DNA of 64,000 bases from an uncultured Thermoplasmata archaeon (GTDB lineage Archaea; Thermoplasmatota; Thermoplasmata; UBA10834): contig CAVRDX010000001.1 in the NCBI GenBank assembly GCA_963719945.1, positions 480,001 to 544,000 on the forward strand, written 5' to 3'. Positions 48,511 to 58,919 of this stretch are shown here, piece after piece; positions within the stretch are counted from its first letter, which is position 1, and each line of letters begins with the position of its first letter. Under the pieces are notes generated by a model. The model was not told where the DNA came from, made no database searches, and was given only the letters and a program-made list of their open reading frames with translations. Both the position numbers and the translations under genes were made by a program.

Positions 48511-48843
48511 TCAGATCTTCTGAAGGATATAGATCGTTGCTTCGTCGCTCTCAGTCGGCCTTTCGGAGAACTTATAGAGCTTTCCAAGCTTGTTCATTAG
48601 GTCCTGTCTCTTCTCGCCCTTCTTTGCCTCGAGGTCGTACTCAAGAAATGCAAGAGGTACATCCTTCAGCTTCACGGTCGTAGCCATCAGGACACGTGCC
48701 CTGAACTTGACCTTGGGGCCCTGTACCTCAACCGTCTCATCCGGAACAAACTTCAGGTCGCCTCTCTGCACTCTGATTGTGGCGAATACCCTGTCCTTCA
48801 ATTTATCCCAGTCCTGTGAGAACTTCATCGTTCTAGCTTTCAT
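48511..48843 (-). CDS. hypothetical protein, possibly ASCH/PUA-like
   Basis: MKFS....KL....ATIR pattern reminiscent of ASCH; weak. Confidence 0.5.
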   Translation of the reverse strand: MKARTMKFSQDWDKLKDRVFATIRVQRGDLKFVPDETVEVQGPKVKFRARVLMATTVKLKDVPLAFLEYDLEAKKGEKRQDLMNKLGKLYKFSERPTESDEATIYILQKI

Positions 48844-49038
48844 CGAATATCACTGATATCCCGTGATATCTACCGAATATTAAGTGTTGCTGGCAAACAA
48901 CCTGTTAAGTGCTCAATTGCGTGCACGGTCAAAGTATCATCACCAGAAAGAAAATCCACCTCCGTTCAAGGGCTATCAAACCATGCTTTTGAATATGTGG
49001 ACTACAACTGAATATACAGCTGATCAGAAAAGGATGGA

Positions 49039-49116
49039 TGGTGGGCCCAACCGGATTTGAACCGGTGACCTCCCGGTTATCAGCCGGGTGCTCCAGCCAA
49101 CCTAAGCTATGGGCCC
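49039..49116 (-). tRNA. tRNA-Ile(GAT), CCA encoded
   Basis: GGGCCCA/TGGGCCC acceptor, CCCGG-CTGATAA-CCGGG, ACCGG-TTCAAAT-CCGGT, ACCA end. Confidence 0.96.
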
Positions 49117-49185
49117 ATGTGGCTTTTTGCGCAATACAGTGATTGGGATTAAATACTTTCCATCCAGGTTATATTATCATATTGT

Positions 49186-50262
49186 TCATTCCTTGAGGTC
49201 GAATGAGCCATATGTGCCCGTACATGGCTTCCCACTGCATATATGTGCGCGAAGATTTGTCAAATCGTATATCACGGAGAATATGGTCTCTGATACATCC
49301 AGGGGATGATCTTTCGGGTCTGCGTGCCTGCACACTGACCCGGGTTTGTCCACATGATCCCTGAAGATGGATATGATTGATTCGACTGTGACCTCACCCA
49401 GCTGTGCCTCGATCAACCTCAGCGCGCGATGGTATCTTACCAGAGAACACGCAATGGAATCAGGGTACTGTTCAAAGCGAGACATCTTCTCCGTCAGGTA
49501 GTGATTCGTATGGACTAGGTATCCATCAATAGCATACATGCACGCATAATCGGTTGCCGAACCTTCCAGAGAGTATATCTCCCCGCTCTTATCCGAGCAG
49601 ATATTGTTGTAACTCGAAGCACGGCTTGGAGGCATTGCATATCCGATTGCCTCCCCTATCCGTCTTGACTCTAGAGCCTTTCTGACTGGGAAGAGCTTCG
49701 GAATGCCGATCCTAGTATCGTTAGGATTGAGGGCGTTTCCCGTCAGGCTGATTCCGCTGCTGTTCATTCCTGAGGAAGGCACAAGCCCGGCATATGATGT
49801 AGCGATGAATGCGGGCTTCTTGCTGGGGCGCGCGTGAAGCAGCACGACAGTCTCTAGTTGATTCTCGGACCAGTCCTCGTTGTGTCCAATGAGGACATCA
49901 CCGTTCTTAGTCACATCCCCGTTCGTGGCGACATCCGTGCATCCCCGGAATCCCAACGGATTGAGCAGCTCGTGGCAACAGAGGACAAAGGCGTCCTCGA
50001 AAGGCATCCTTGCGCCATCGGAATAACCTCTGATCTCCTCAATGAAATCAGGGTAGAATCCCTCAGCATGAGGCAGGTACAATTTTGCTCTCCTGACCGT
50101 TTTCTCCCAAGACATACCCGTCGAATGAATTATGGTCTGAGAGATGGCGTCTCTGTAGACACGTGCCTTTTTCGCGCATTTTGAGCCTGCCTGTTTACCC
50201 ATGTCGTATGGCTTGCCTGACACCTCGACTATCGGAAGGCCGCCGACAGACTGCTTCTTCAT
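49186..50262 (-). CDS. C45 family Ntn-hydrolase/acyltransferase
   Basis: GCT autocleavage site, GHNEDW, GMNSSG, HTNHY. Confidence 0.88.
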   Translation of the reverse strand: MKKQSVGGLPIVEVSGKPYDMGKQAGSKCAKKARVYRDAISQTIIHSTGMSWEKTVRRAKLYLPHAEGFYPDFIEEIRGYSDGARMPFEDAFVLCCHELLNPLGFRGCTDVATNGDVTKNGDVLIGHNEDWSENQLETVVLLHARPSKKPAFIATSYAGLVPSSGMNSSGISLTGNALNPNDTRIGIPKLFPVRKALESRRIGEAIGYAMPPSRASSYNNICSDKSGEIYSLEGSATDYACMYAIDGYLVHTNHYLTEKMSRFEQYPDSIACSLVRYHRALRLIEAQLGEVTVESIISIFRDHVDKPGSVCRHADPKDHPLDVSETIFSVIYDLTNLRAHICSGKPCTGTYGSFDLKE

Positions 50263-50317
50263 GGCGCCTGCAAGGAGCAATCTTCCCTAAAAACCCTAGG
50301 ATTCAGAATGATATCAT

Positions 50318-51154
50318 TCAAATCCTCGCATCGAACGAAGGGACAGCCTGCATTATCTTGAGGATTGATTTTGGAACCTTCTTATGAGAGTCTACGATTA
50401 TCCCGCTCCTTGTGATGCTCATCGGTCGGGGTTGAGTGTCATGGGCCGATCCTCGAAATTTCTCGATTGTCACGAATCTCTCAGTCTTCGACGCGACCAT
50501 GAGCTTGTGGAATCTTATCATACCCCTTGCCATGAGTGTCTCAGGCTCCATCGACGTAGGGTCAGGCATGTCCGTTATCAGGATACAAGTGACATTTGAC
50601 TCTGAAAGGAATCTCAGCAATGACATGACCCCCATATCCACATCATCTTCTCCACCGGATAGCCGCTTCAATGACGTCATCGAATCGATGACGACACGTG
50701 AGTATCTTACTTCCTGCAGCTCCTGCCGAAGCATCATCTGAAGCGATTGCGGAGATAGGTCAGGTGAGACCTGTTTCATGGCCTCTGCGCGACCATCCTG
50801 TCGAGCTTCTCGAAGCGATCCCACGCTCCTCTGCGCGCCAACTTCCACAAGCGAGTCTTTCCTATTGTAGGCTTTTGCGGAAGGATGAACGTCAAGTATC
50901 CGTATCTTCCCTACGTCCCAGCCCAGGAATCTCACATTCTCCCTAAGCTCGGATGGAGGTTCGTCTATCGACACGAAAAGCGCCCTCTCGCCCTGTCTGA
51001 CCCCCTGTTGAAGGAATTGTATGCTAAACGTGGTCTTGCCGCTGCCTGTCGTGCCTGCCACCACATAAGGGCGGCCAGCTATCAACCCGCCCTTTAGCAT
51101 GTCATCCATCCCAGGGATGCCAGTGCTCATCCTAGTCTGTTTATCTTGAGTCAT
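50318..51154 (-). CDS. single-domain KaiC/RAD55-family ATPase
   Basis: STGIPGMDDMLKGG, GTTGSGKT, SIDEPP, VVIDS, EKFRGS; SD GGAGGTG. Confidence 0.9.
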   Translation of the reverse strand: MTQDKQTRMSTGIPGMDDMLKGGLIAGRPYVVAGTTGSGKTTFSIQFLQQGVRQGERALFVSIDEPPSELRENVRFLGWDVGKIRILDVHPSAKAYNRKDSLVEVGAQRSVGSLREARQDGRAEAMKQVSPDLSPQSLQMMLRQELQEVRYSRVVIDSMTSLKRLSGGEDDVDMGVMSLLRFLSESNVTCILITDMPDPTSMEPETLMARGMIRFHKLMVASKTERFVTIEKFRGSAHDTQPRPMSITRSGIIVDSHKKVPKSILKIMQAVPSFDARI

Positions 51155-52190
51155 CTGGATCTCCACCTCCATAAGGACCATCAATTCGATCGGATGATGG
51201 CGATACTGGCAATGCCTTGTCCTCTGGCGGAGGAGGCAATTCCTCTGGGACGACCTCCGGTGGCGGTCTTCCATCCTCAGGTGGAGGAGGCTCGCTATTC
51301 GAAGGCTCGGATGCAGGCTTTGATATCTCAGAAGATTCAGCTGCAGCTCCAGTTGCTTCTGCATCTTTCGACTCATCCATAGTATCTGGGGATTCCGCCT
51401 CTTCTTCCTTCGGTTTCTCCTTCTTCTTTGGTGTGTTGACCTTGATATGGACGCCAGTATCATCCAGTTTCATGGAACGCATGGAGGAATCGTGGGACGA
51501 CCCTCTGTATTTCTCGATGGTTGCGCCCCTCACCAGACCTCGTCCGTCGAACCATTTATACAGCCTTATCTCGCCCCGAGCCATGTGCGACTCAGCGTCT
51601 GGTTTGGAAATCTCTGGCAGCTCTACCGTCAGGATAGTCGTTATTCCTAGGTCAGACAGCAATCTGAAGAATGATTGGAGGATCAGATACTCCTCACTTG
51701 TGCGTATGTAGAATCGCCTAAGAGATGTGACGGAATCAACCACTACTCGGGAGTACTTCCTTATCTTCATCTCTTGTTTCAGCAGTTCCTGAATGGTGTT
51801 TATAGTCATGTCAGAAGGACCTTTCTCGGATGTTTTTCGTATGTTATCTGGGAGGTCTCTGAACATCACGACTCTTCTCTCAGTCGAGATATCTCGCACA
51901 GGCGTCTTATCGTAGCTCAGGACGTCAGGCGTCCCATCGAACACGAATATTTTGGAGATATCCCATCCGAACGAGGTCATATTGGCCCTCACCTCGTTAG
52001 GGGGTTCATCTATTGCCACGTACAATACCTGTTCACCATTCATGGCACCTTCCATCAGGAATCGCATGGCAATGGCAGTCTTGCCAGTACCAGCTGTACC
52101 AGAGACTATGTATGGCCGAGCGGGGATCAATCCGCCTTCAAGCATCTCATCGATACCTGGTATTCCAATCTCGACTTTGTCCTTGATCAT
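51141..52190 (-). CDS. KaiC/RAD55-family ATPase with an acidic Pro-rich disordered tail
   Basis: GIPGIDEMLEGG, GTAGTGKT, AIDEPP, VVVDS, EKYRGS, then ~95 aa of E/P/S/D low complexity. Confidence 0.9.
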   Translation of the reverse strand: MIKDKVEIGIPGIDEMLEGGLIPARPYIVSGTAGTGKTAIAMRFLMEGAMNGEQVLYVAIDEPPNEVRANMTSFGWDISKIFVFDGTPDVLSYDKTPVRDISTERRVVMFRDLPDNIRKTSEKGPSDMTINTIQELLKQEMKIRKYSRVVVDSVTSLRRFYIRTSEEYLILQSFFRLLSDLGITTILTVELPEISKPDAESHMARGEIRLYKWFDGRGLVRGATIEKYRGSSHDSSMRSMKLDDTGVHIKVNTPKKKEKPKEEEAESPDTMDESKDAEATGAAAESSEISKPASEPSNSEPPPPEDGRPPPEVVPEELPPPPEDKALPVSPSSDRIDGPYGGGDPDDSR

Positions 52191-52435
52191 CTCGAGCCCC
52201 AGCCCCGCGCCGGATATAGCGTAACTGCACCATCCGATTTAGAATCAGGATGCTTATATTTTTCCATCAGAATCCAAATGATGAGAATTATGGTCATGAC
52301 AATGAAGATTTTACCGTTAAAACGGATGTTTTATTAGTGGAGATGGAAATACGCCTTGTAGCTGGCTTCGTGCTCGAATCATGGTCATAAATGACCGATT
52401 TACTCATGAATCAAGCCCATCGATGGTGATAGATC

Positions 52436-53725
52436 ATGTCAGACAAACCGGGCGAATCCGGAATCCTGGGCAAATTGAGGAGCTCAGTACTTCTATCAAG
52501 GGATTTTTCAATACTCATGATGGGACTCATGGTCGTCAGCCTTGGCTTTGGGCTCCTCGCACCTATCATACCAGATTTGGCGAGGCGGCTGGGGATAAGC
52601 GATGGTGCCATGGGAGGCATCTTTGCTCTCTACTTCGTCGCTCTCGTCCTCGCAATGCCCCCTTCCGGATACCTAGCAGACAAGGTCGGCAGGAAGAAGA
52701 TGATAATCGGAGGACTCATCGTCTTCAGTGTAACCACATTTGCACTTGCCTTCGTGACTGATGCGCTCCAGTTCGCTGTGCTTAGGTCTATCGAGGGAGT
52801 CGGCGCTGCGATGATGGCTCCAGCATCATTCGCTCTGACAGTAGATATCGTCCCTGAGGACAAGCGGGCAACCGCGATGGGTATCGAAGGGACGGCTCAA
52901 GTAATCGGTGTCTTCGCCGGACCTGCAATTGGAGGTTATGTCGCAGGAGAGATCAATTTCTACTATCCATTTTACATCGGGGCGGGATTATCCATCATAT
53001 GCGCATTGATCGTCAGCTTTGTAAGGGAACCTGAAATCATCCAGACCGATGAGCACCCATCACTGTTGACAATGTTCGGTGCATGGAAGAGAAATGTGCA
53101 AGCCAATCGGACCATGATCGCTCTCACCGTCAGAGGCTTGGTCATGGGCGTCGTTCAAGGATTGTTCATGCTCGGCATCATCCTGTACTGGCGGGATGAG
53201 ATAGACATGTCGCTCACACAGGTTGGGATTGCGATGTCCATTGGGACAGCTGTCATGGCCGCAGGCACGCTATACTTCGGGACTTTGTCGGACAAGTATG
53301 GGAGAGTGCCATTCATCCTCGTGGGAGGGACACTTATGGCAGCCGGCCTCGCGGCCATGGTATTTGCTGAAAATGTCATGCACATCTATCTCCTTGTCGC
53401 CATCTCAGACCTCGGAGCTGCTATCTCAAATCCCTCTGTGGGAGCGCTACTTGCAGATACCATGCTGAAGGAGGAGCGCGGACGGGTAATGGGTGCATAT
53501 CAGACGGTCCAAGGCATCGGAAGCATCATCGGTCTGACAGGTCTCGGCATCGTATATGATAGCATAAATCATGATATGCCGATCATCATTGGAGCACTGG
53601 CCCTGGCGGTCGCGACGACAATCATAGCCATATATATCAGAGATAAGAGAAAACTGCCCTCTTCGGAAGCGAACGTCGCTTCATCGAACACCTCTGCAAT
53701 CAGATCAACACCAAGAGACGAATGA
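52436..53725 (+). CDS. MFS transporter
   Basis: GYLADKVGRKK and GTLSDKYGR motifs, 12 TM. Confidence 0.9.
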   Translation: MSDKPGESGILGKLRSSVLLSRDFSILMMGLMVVSLGFGLLAPIIPDLARRLGISDGAMGGIFALYFVALVLAMPPSGYLADKVGRKKMIIGGLIVFSVTTFALAFVTDALQFAVLRSIEGVGAAMMAPASFALTVDIVPEDKRATAMGIEGTAQVIGVFAGPAIGGYVAGEINFYYPFYIGAGLSIICALIVSFVREPEIIQTDEHPSLLTMFGAWKRNVQANRTMIALTVRGLVMGVVQGLFMLGIILYWRDEIDMSLTQVGIAMSIGTAVMAAGTLYFGTLSDKYGRVPFILVGGTLMAAGLAAMVFAENVMHIYLLVAISDLGAAISNPSVGALLADTMLKEERGRVMGAYQTVQGIGSIIGLTGLGIVYDSINHDMPIIIGALALAVATTIIAIYIRDKRKLPSSEANVASSNTSAIRSTPRDE

Positions 53726-53797
53726 GCAGGTACTCCCTGGAAATTCCTGATAACCTTTTATATGCGCATCGGCTTTTCTCAGAATTGCCGATTGACC

Positions 53798-55453
53798 ATG
53801 CCAGTAATCAATTTCAGCTATTCCGATCTATGCCACTTGCTAGGAATGCAGGTCTCCAGGCAGACACTCCGAGAGAAGCTTCCCATGATGGGTGCGGACC
53901 TCAACTCAGTCGATGAAGGATCCGATGATGTCTCTTTCGAGTTCTTTCCAGATCGACCGGACCTCTACTCAGTAGAAGGAATCGCAAGAGCCCTTCGTGC
54001 ATTCCTTGGCAAAGAAACTGGCCTCAAATCGTATCCTGTCACCCGTTCAGATGTTTCGGTCCTTGTCGATCCGAGCGTGGACCAAGTTCGACCATATATC
54101 TGGACAGCGATCGTCGAGGGGAATCGAATAGATGACGCATTGATACGGTCCATGATGGACCTGCAGGAGAAGCTGCACATAACCCTGGGACGGAACAGAA
54201 GAAAGGTAGCCATAGGACTTCACGACATCAAGGAAGTGAAACCACCATTCACCTACAAAGCGGTGGGACCGGACGAGATATCGTTCTTTCCACTGCAGGG
54301 TTCTCGAGAGATGAGTCTGAAGGAAATCCTAGAAGAACATGAGAAAGGAAAAGCTTATTCGTTCGTGCTTGAAGGGAAGGATAAGTATCCGATTATCCTC
54401 GACCGAGAAGGAAAGGTGCTCTCATTTCCACCAATAATAAATGGGATCACGACAGCAGTCACTGATAATACGAGAGACATCTTCGTCGATTGTACGGGGA
54501 CTGACGCGAATGCAGTTATGGCCGCAGTGAATATCATCGCAACGGCACTCGCAGAGCGCGGAGGGAGCATCAAATCAGTTTCCATGCAGCAGGGCGGCAG
54601 CAGCGCCAGTGCACCGAATCTCGAGCCGCGCATCATGAACCTCGAGATAGACTATGTAAAGCGCCTCATCGGCATTGATTTGGATGCTAGAGAAATGACT
54701 GAGTGTCTCGCAAGAATGGGCTATGGTGCCACATCAGGTGATGATGGACTCCAGGTCCTCATTCCTGCATACAGAGCAGATATCATCCATCCTGCTGACC
54801 TGGCAGAGGACGTCGCTATCGGATACGGCTTTGACAAATTCGGCGCTGAACTCCCACGAAAAGCGACTTTTGGCGTAGAGGATCCAACCATTGGATTCTC
54901 TTCAAGAGTACGACCCATTCTGACGGGGCTTGGATACCTCGAGATTGTAACCCTGTCCCTTTCAAATCCAAGAGATCAATACGAATTCTTGGGCCTGCCG
55001 GTTAGAGACGACGCGGTGCGCATCATGAACCCCGTCAGTGAGGATCATGTCCAGATACGCACGTCACTCCTACCGAGCATATTGACCATTCTCAGAAAGA
55101 ACAAGCACCGTGAACTTCCGCAGAGAGTTTTCGAAATTGGGGACACGGTCATCAACCATAGAAACTTGACATATCTATCAGGAGCATCCATACATGCAAA
55201 AGCGAGCTTCACAGAATGCAAATCAGACATACAATCATTAATGACTGCGCTCGGTCTCTCAGTGACCGTCGAGAAGATGGATAATAAGGCATTTGCCGAT
55301 GGCAGATGCGCTGCGATCAGGCACGCTTCAGGCCTTCTCGGCGTATTCGGAGAATTGGCCCCTTCGACTATCGAGTCGTTTGAACTCGGTTATCCAATCG
55401 CAGCATTTGAGTTCGATCTTGAATTGATAATCAGGGCAAGAAGATCACGATGA
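53798..55453 (+). CDS. pheT: phenylalanine--tRNA ligase beta subunit (archaeal type)
   Basis: MPVI, PDRPDLYSVEGIARA, QEKLH, SFPPIING, YRADIIHP.DLAEDVAIGYG, RTSLLP. Confidence 0.96.
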   Translation: MPVINFSYSDLCHLLGMQVSRQTLREKLPMMGADLNSVDEGSDDVSFEFFPDRPDLYSVEGIARALRAFLGKETGLKSYPVTRSDVSVLVDPSVDQVRPYIWTAIVEGNRIDDALIRSMMDLQEKLHITLGRNRRKVAIGLHDIKEVKPPFTYKAVGPDEISFFPLQGSREMSLKEILEEHEKGKAYSFVLEGKDKYPIILDREGKVLSFPPIINGITTAVTDNTRDIFVDCTGTDANAVMAAVNIIATALAERGGSIKSVSMQQGGSSASAPNLEPRIMNLEIDYVKRLIGIDLDAREMTECLARMGYGATSGDDGLQVLIPAYRADIIHPADLAEDVAIGYGFDKFGAELPRKATFGVEDPTIGFSSRVRPILTGLGYLEIVTLSLSNPRDQYEFLGLPVRDDAVRIMNPVSEDHVQIRTSLLPSILTILRKNKHRELPQRVFEIGDTVINHRNLTYLSGASIHAKASFTECKSDIQSLMTALGLSVTVEKMDNKAFADGRCAAIRHASGLLGVFGELAPSTIESFELGYPIAAFEFDLELIIRARRSR

Positions 55454-55469
55454 TTGTGGATCATCACCT

Positions 55470-55556
55470 GCTGAGGTAGCTAAGCCCGGTTCACGGCGCC
55501 AGCCTTGAGAGTTGGTGGTACTACGTACCACGGGAGTTCAAATCTCCCCCTCAGCG
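55470..55556 (+). tRNA. tRNA-Ser(TGA)
   Basis: GCTGAGG/CCTCAGC acceptor, CCAGC-CTTGAGA-GTTGG, long variable arm GGTAC-TAC-GTACC, GGGAG-TTCAAAT-CTCCC. Confidence 0.95.
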
Positions 55557-55642
55557 CTCAATCCACTCCTGCAACAACATATAATATCCCTAATCCTCAT
55601 TAACAATGTCAATCGATGTTCGAATTGAGGGAGGCATAATTC

Positions 55643-58267
55643 CTGATTCGCGTACTCCTCGTGGACGATGAGCCTCAGCTCCTAGAACTCGCAAGATTCT
55701 TTCTCGATAAACAGGGCCAATTCACGGTCGATACGGCGACATCCGCGAAAGACGCTCTGAAAAAAATCTCCAAGGGTGGGCTAGATGCGATCGTCTCAGA
55801 TTACCAGATGTCAGAGATGGATGGCATAGAATTCCTGAAAGTCCTCAGAGCGCAGAATAATGACATCCCATTCATCCTATTCACAGGACGAGGCAGGGAA
55901 GATGTCGCCATAGAGGCGCTCAATTCCGGCGCGAACTTCTATCTGCAGAAAGGAGGCGACCCGAAGTCTCAGTTCGCAGAACTGGCCAACATGGTGAAAT
56001 CATCCGTCGAGAAGATCCACGATAGACAGGAACTCATGGAGTCAGAGCGCCGATTCAGAAGCATGCTTGCCAATATCCATCATGCAGCCCTCGTCCTCGA
56101 TAAGGATGGCAATATCACATATTGCAATGATCATTTGCTCAAGATTATTGGCTATGAATCTCATGAGCTGATGGGTCGAAACGCAACCGAGATATTTCTC
56201 TCACCTGAAAAGAGGGAGGAGTTTCGAGAAGAGCAACGACGAGTGATGGACCTCGGCACATACCCTACAGGAATCCAATATGAGACCATCTTGAATACAA
56301 AGACCGGAGGGAAAGTCCTGATTGGATGGGACTCAACTGCACTCAGAGACCGAGATGGGAATCCAATCGGTACTGCAAGCATAGGCGAGGACATAACACA
56401 GAAACGGAAGGTAGAGGAAGAACTAAGGCGATCAGAATCACAGTACCGAAGACTCGCTGTCACAGCGCCCTGCCTCATCTGTGCATTATCTCCAGATGGT
56501 CAGACCATTTTTGTCAATGATTATGTCGAGGCATTGAGCGGTTACAAACCATCCGAACTCATAGGCAAGAATTGGCTGGATATATTCTATCCAGACGACC
56601 TTCACAACCAGATTGACGAACTCTTTCGCTTGTTCGAGCAGGGGGATGTTGAGAACCACGAGATGACCCTCCGTGCCAAGGACGGCAGCCTGCACACCGT
56701 CGTCTGGAATTCATTCAATGCATGGTCTGAGGATGGTACCCAGCTCATTGAGATAAATGGCGCGGGACTGGATGTCACATCAAGGAAGAGAACGGAGGAC
56801 GCACTCAGAGAGAGTGGCGCATTCAATCGTGCGGTACTAGATTCACTTGATGCAAACATAGCCGTACTTGATAGGAGAGGAGACATCGTCGCTGTCAATC
56901 GTGGCTGGTGGATGTTCGCCAGGGAGAACAAAGGAGACAGTAGTAAAGTAGGGGTGGGAGCGAACTACCTCGACGAATGTGATAAGGCATCGAGTGACGT
57001 CCAAGAAGCTCGCACCATGCGCAATGGCATAGTCTCAGTTCTTAGCGGAGAGAATGAATCCTTCACGCTTGAATACTCAGGCGAAGTCAATAGTGAAGAG
57101 CGATGGTTCTTGGCGCAGATCAATTCGCTGCAAAGGAAGCGGGGAGGGGCGGTCGTATCGCACATCGATGTGACAAAGCGCAAGATGGCACAGAAAGAGT
57201 TAGCCCAAAGCGAAGATCGCTATAGAACCATCTTCGAGACGGTTGGTGATTCGCTCATAATTGCGGACAATACTTCGACAGCAATTCTAGTCAACTCCGA
57301 ATTCGAGAAGGTTTCTGGCTACCAGAAATTCGATGTCGAGGGGAAGATGAACCTAGCAGATTTCTTCGCAGAGCACGATGTGAAGACCCTCATAGACATC
57401 GCTAAGAAGAAGAGAGACGATCCTGTGTCAACAATTCAGCCACATGAATTCAGAACTAAGGACAAATTTGGAAACGAGAAGGCTTTCATGGCGACTGTGT
57501 CTATTCTTCCGACATCGGAACGCATCGTGATATCCTTGGTAGACCAGACTGAGAGGAAATATTACGAAGATGCGCTTGAGCAGGTCAGGCGAAAGATGGA
57601 CATTCTCAGCAAAATCACTCGGCACGACATTCTAAACCAGCTTTCTGTGATATATGGATATGTGGATTTGGCGAGCGATCAGACAACCGATATGAAGCTC
57701 TCGGGGACATTAGAGCGATTGCATCTGGCTACCGATTCAATAAAGCACCATCTGGAATTTGCCAGGGACTATCAGAACATGGGGACGAAGAGACCGCAAT
57801 GGGTGGATGTCAGAGCAGCCTGTAAGAGGGCGGCAAGCAACATGGACACGAAAGATGTCTCCGTAGTCATCGAACTGAGGGACCTGGAGGTGTTCACGGA
57901 TCCTATGCTGGAGAAGGTCTTCTACAACTTGCTCGATAACTCAATCAGACATGGTGGCGACGTCAAGAGTGTCAAATTCGCCTTCGTACGTGACCGACAG
58001 GGCATGAGGATAATCTGCCAAGATGATGGAATCGGAATCCCAGTGGAGCGCAAGACTGCGATATTCAAAAGAGACGATGGCAGGGAAGGGGAGCAGCGCG
58101 GCTACGGTCTATACCTTGCCAAGGAGATATTGGGCATCACGGGCATGACAATATCTGAAAATGGAACGCCGGGCGAGTGTGCTAGGTTCGTCATTCACAT
58201 TCCTCAAGGCAAGTATAGGACTAAGCCTCCTTTGAGAAGACGCAGAAATCAAAAATCAGCGTATTGA
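55643..58267 (+). CDS. hybrid sensor histidine kinase: REC, four PAS, HisKA, HATPase
   Basis: IRVLLVDDE..VSDYQM..FTGRG..LQKG receiver; repeated DIT/DVT PAS ends; RHDILNQL H-box; NLLDNSIRHG, DDGIGI, GYGL; REC N-terminus needs CTG 55643 or ATT 55646. Confidence 0.92.
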   Translation: MIRVLLVDDEPQLLELARFFLDKQGQFTVDTATSAKDALKKISKGGLDAIVSDYQMSEMDGIEFLKVLRAQNNDIPFILFTGRGREDVAIEALNSGANFYLQKGGDPKSQFAELANMVKSSVEKIHDRQELMESERRFRSMLANIHHAALVLDKDGNITYCNDHLLKIIGYESHELMGRNATEIFLSPEKREEFREEQRRVMDLGTYPTGIQYETILNTKTGGKVLIGWDSTALRDRDGNPIGTASIGEDITQKRKVEEELRRSESQYRRLAVTAPCLICALSPDGQTIFVNDYVEALSGYKPSELIGKNWLDIFYPDDLHNQIDELFRLFEQGDVENHEMTLRAKDGSLHTVVWNSFNAWSEDGTQLIEINGAGLDVTSRKRTEDALRESGAFNRAVLDSLDANIAVLDRRGDIVAVNRGWWMFARENKGDSSKVGVGANYLDECDKASSDVQEARTMRNGIVSVLSGENESFTLEYSGEVNSEERWFLAQINSLQRKRGGAVVSHIDVTKRKMAQKELAQSEDRYRTIFETVGDSLIIADNTSTAILVNSEFEKVSGYQKFDVEGKMNLADFFAEHDVKTLIDIAKKKRDDPVSTIQPHEFRTKDKFGNEKAFMATVSILPTSERIVISLVDQTERKYYEDALEQVRRKMDILSKITRHDILNQLSVIYGYVDLASDQTTDMKLSGTLERLHLATDSIKHHLEFARDYQNMGTKRPQWVDVRAACKRAASNMDTKDVSVVIELRDLEVFTDPMLEKVFYNLLDNSIRHGGDVKSVKFAFVRDRQGMRIICQDDGIGIPVERKTAIFKRDDGREGEQRGYGLYLAKEILGITGMTISENGTPGECARFVIHIPQGKYRTKPPLRRRRNQKSAY

Positions 58268-58396
58268 GGGATTAGGAATCATCAAAACCCTGTTCCCTTC
58301 AGAGATAACACCGAGATAAAACGCGACATATCGCATACATTTATGTGCGCTCACGCGCATTCTGTATTGTCCGATAGGATACGGGATGGGAAACGA

Positions 58397-58684
58397 ATGT
58401 GTAAGTACAGCTACCTTAGCGGAGCTTGTGCTAACCGCCACATAGATAGCCTTGAATGCGTCGGAGAGAATGAGTGCAAGTTCTCGGATATGAACATACT
58501 CACCAAGAGAACGACATCGCAATCCAATGCCGAATGTGGAGCCGACAAATGGCTAGGGCTCTATTGTGAGAAGTACAAACGATTCTTCTGTGCCGGGAAA
58601 GACAATTGCGCAACCCCTGATTCATACATGACCCACTTCAGCGAGCATCAGGATAGACTTTTCAAGAGATTCGAGGAGGAATGA
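58397..58684 (+). CDS. small Cys-rich protein
   Basis: 8 Cys, YCEKYKRFFCAGKDNC; paralog of the next gene. Confidence 0.6.
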   Translation: MCKYSYLSGACANRHIDSLECVGENECKFSDMNILTKRTTSQSNAECGADKWLGLYCEKYKRFFCAGKDNCATPDSYMTHFSEHQDRLFKRFEEE

Positions 58685-58688
58685 TATC

Positions 58689-58919
58689 CTGCATTGTAAA
58701 CACCTCAGCAAGAACGGCATGTGCGAGGGGAAATACTCCGGATATGCGTGCATCCGAACGCATTGCGCGATAGTCCGTGAATCCAAGTTGTGCGAGCACC
58801 ACGACATCTCAGGAGATTATTGCAGGAAATATGCTAGATTCGGGTGCGTCGGCAAGGGAAACTGTGAATCAGCCGAAGATTATCTTGATTCGATATGCGA
58901 GGACGAGCAGACATCCTAG
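58689..58919 (+). CDS. small Cys-rich protein
   Basis: YCRKYARFGCVGKGNC; GGAGG SD upstream of a probable CTG start. Confidence 0.6.
   Translation: MHCKHLSKNGMCEGKYSGYACIRTHCAIVRESKLCEHHDISGDYCRKYARFGCVGKGNCESAEDYLDSICEDEQTS

Noticed and set aside
50318-52190. Circadian KaiABC clock
   Set aside because: Single-domain proteins, no kaiA/kaiB, and no evident ST phosphosite pair
52278-52325. C/D box sRNA (ATGATGA...TGAAGA)
   Set aside because: No terminal CTGA D box at the expected distance
55470-58919. Integrated element at tRNA-Ser
   Set aside because: No integrase and no duplicated tRNA 3' end seen
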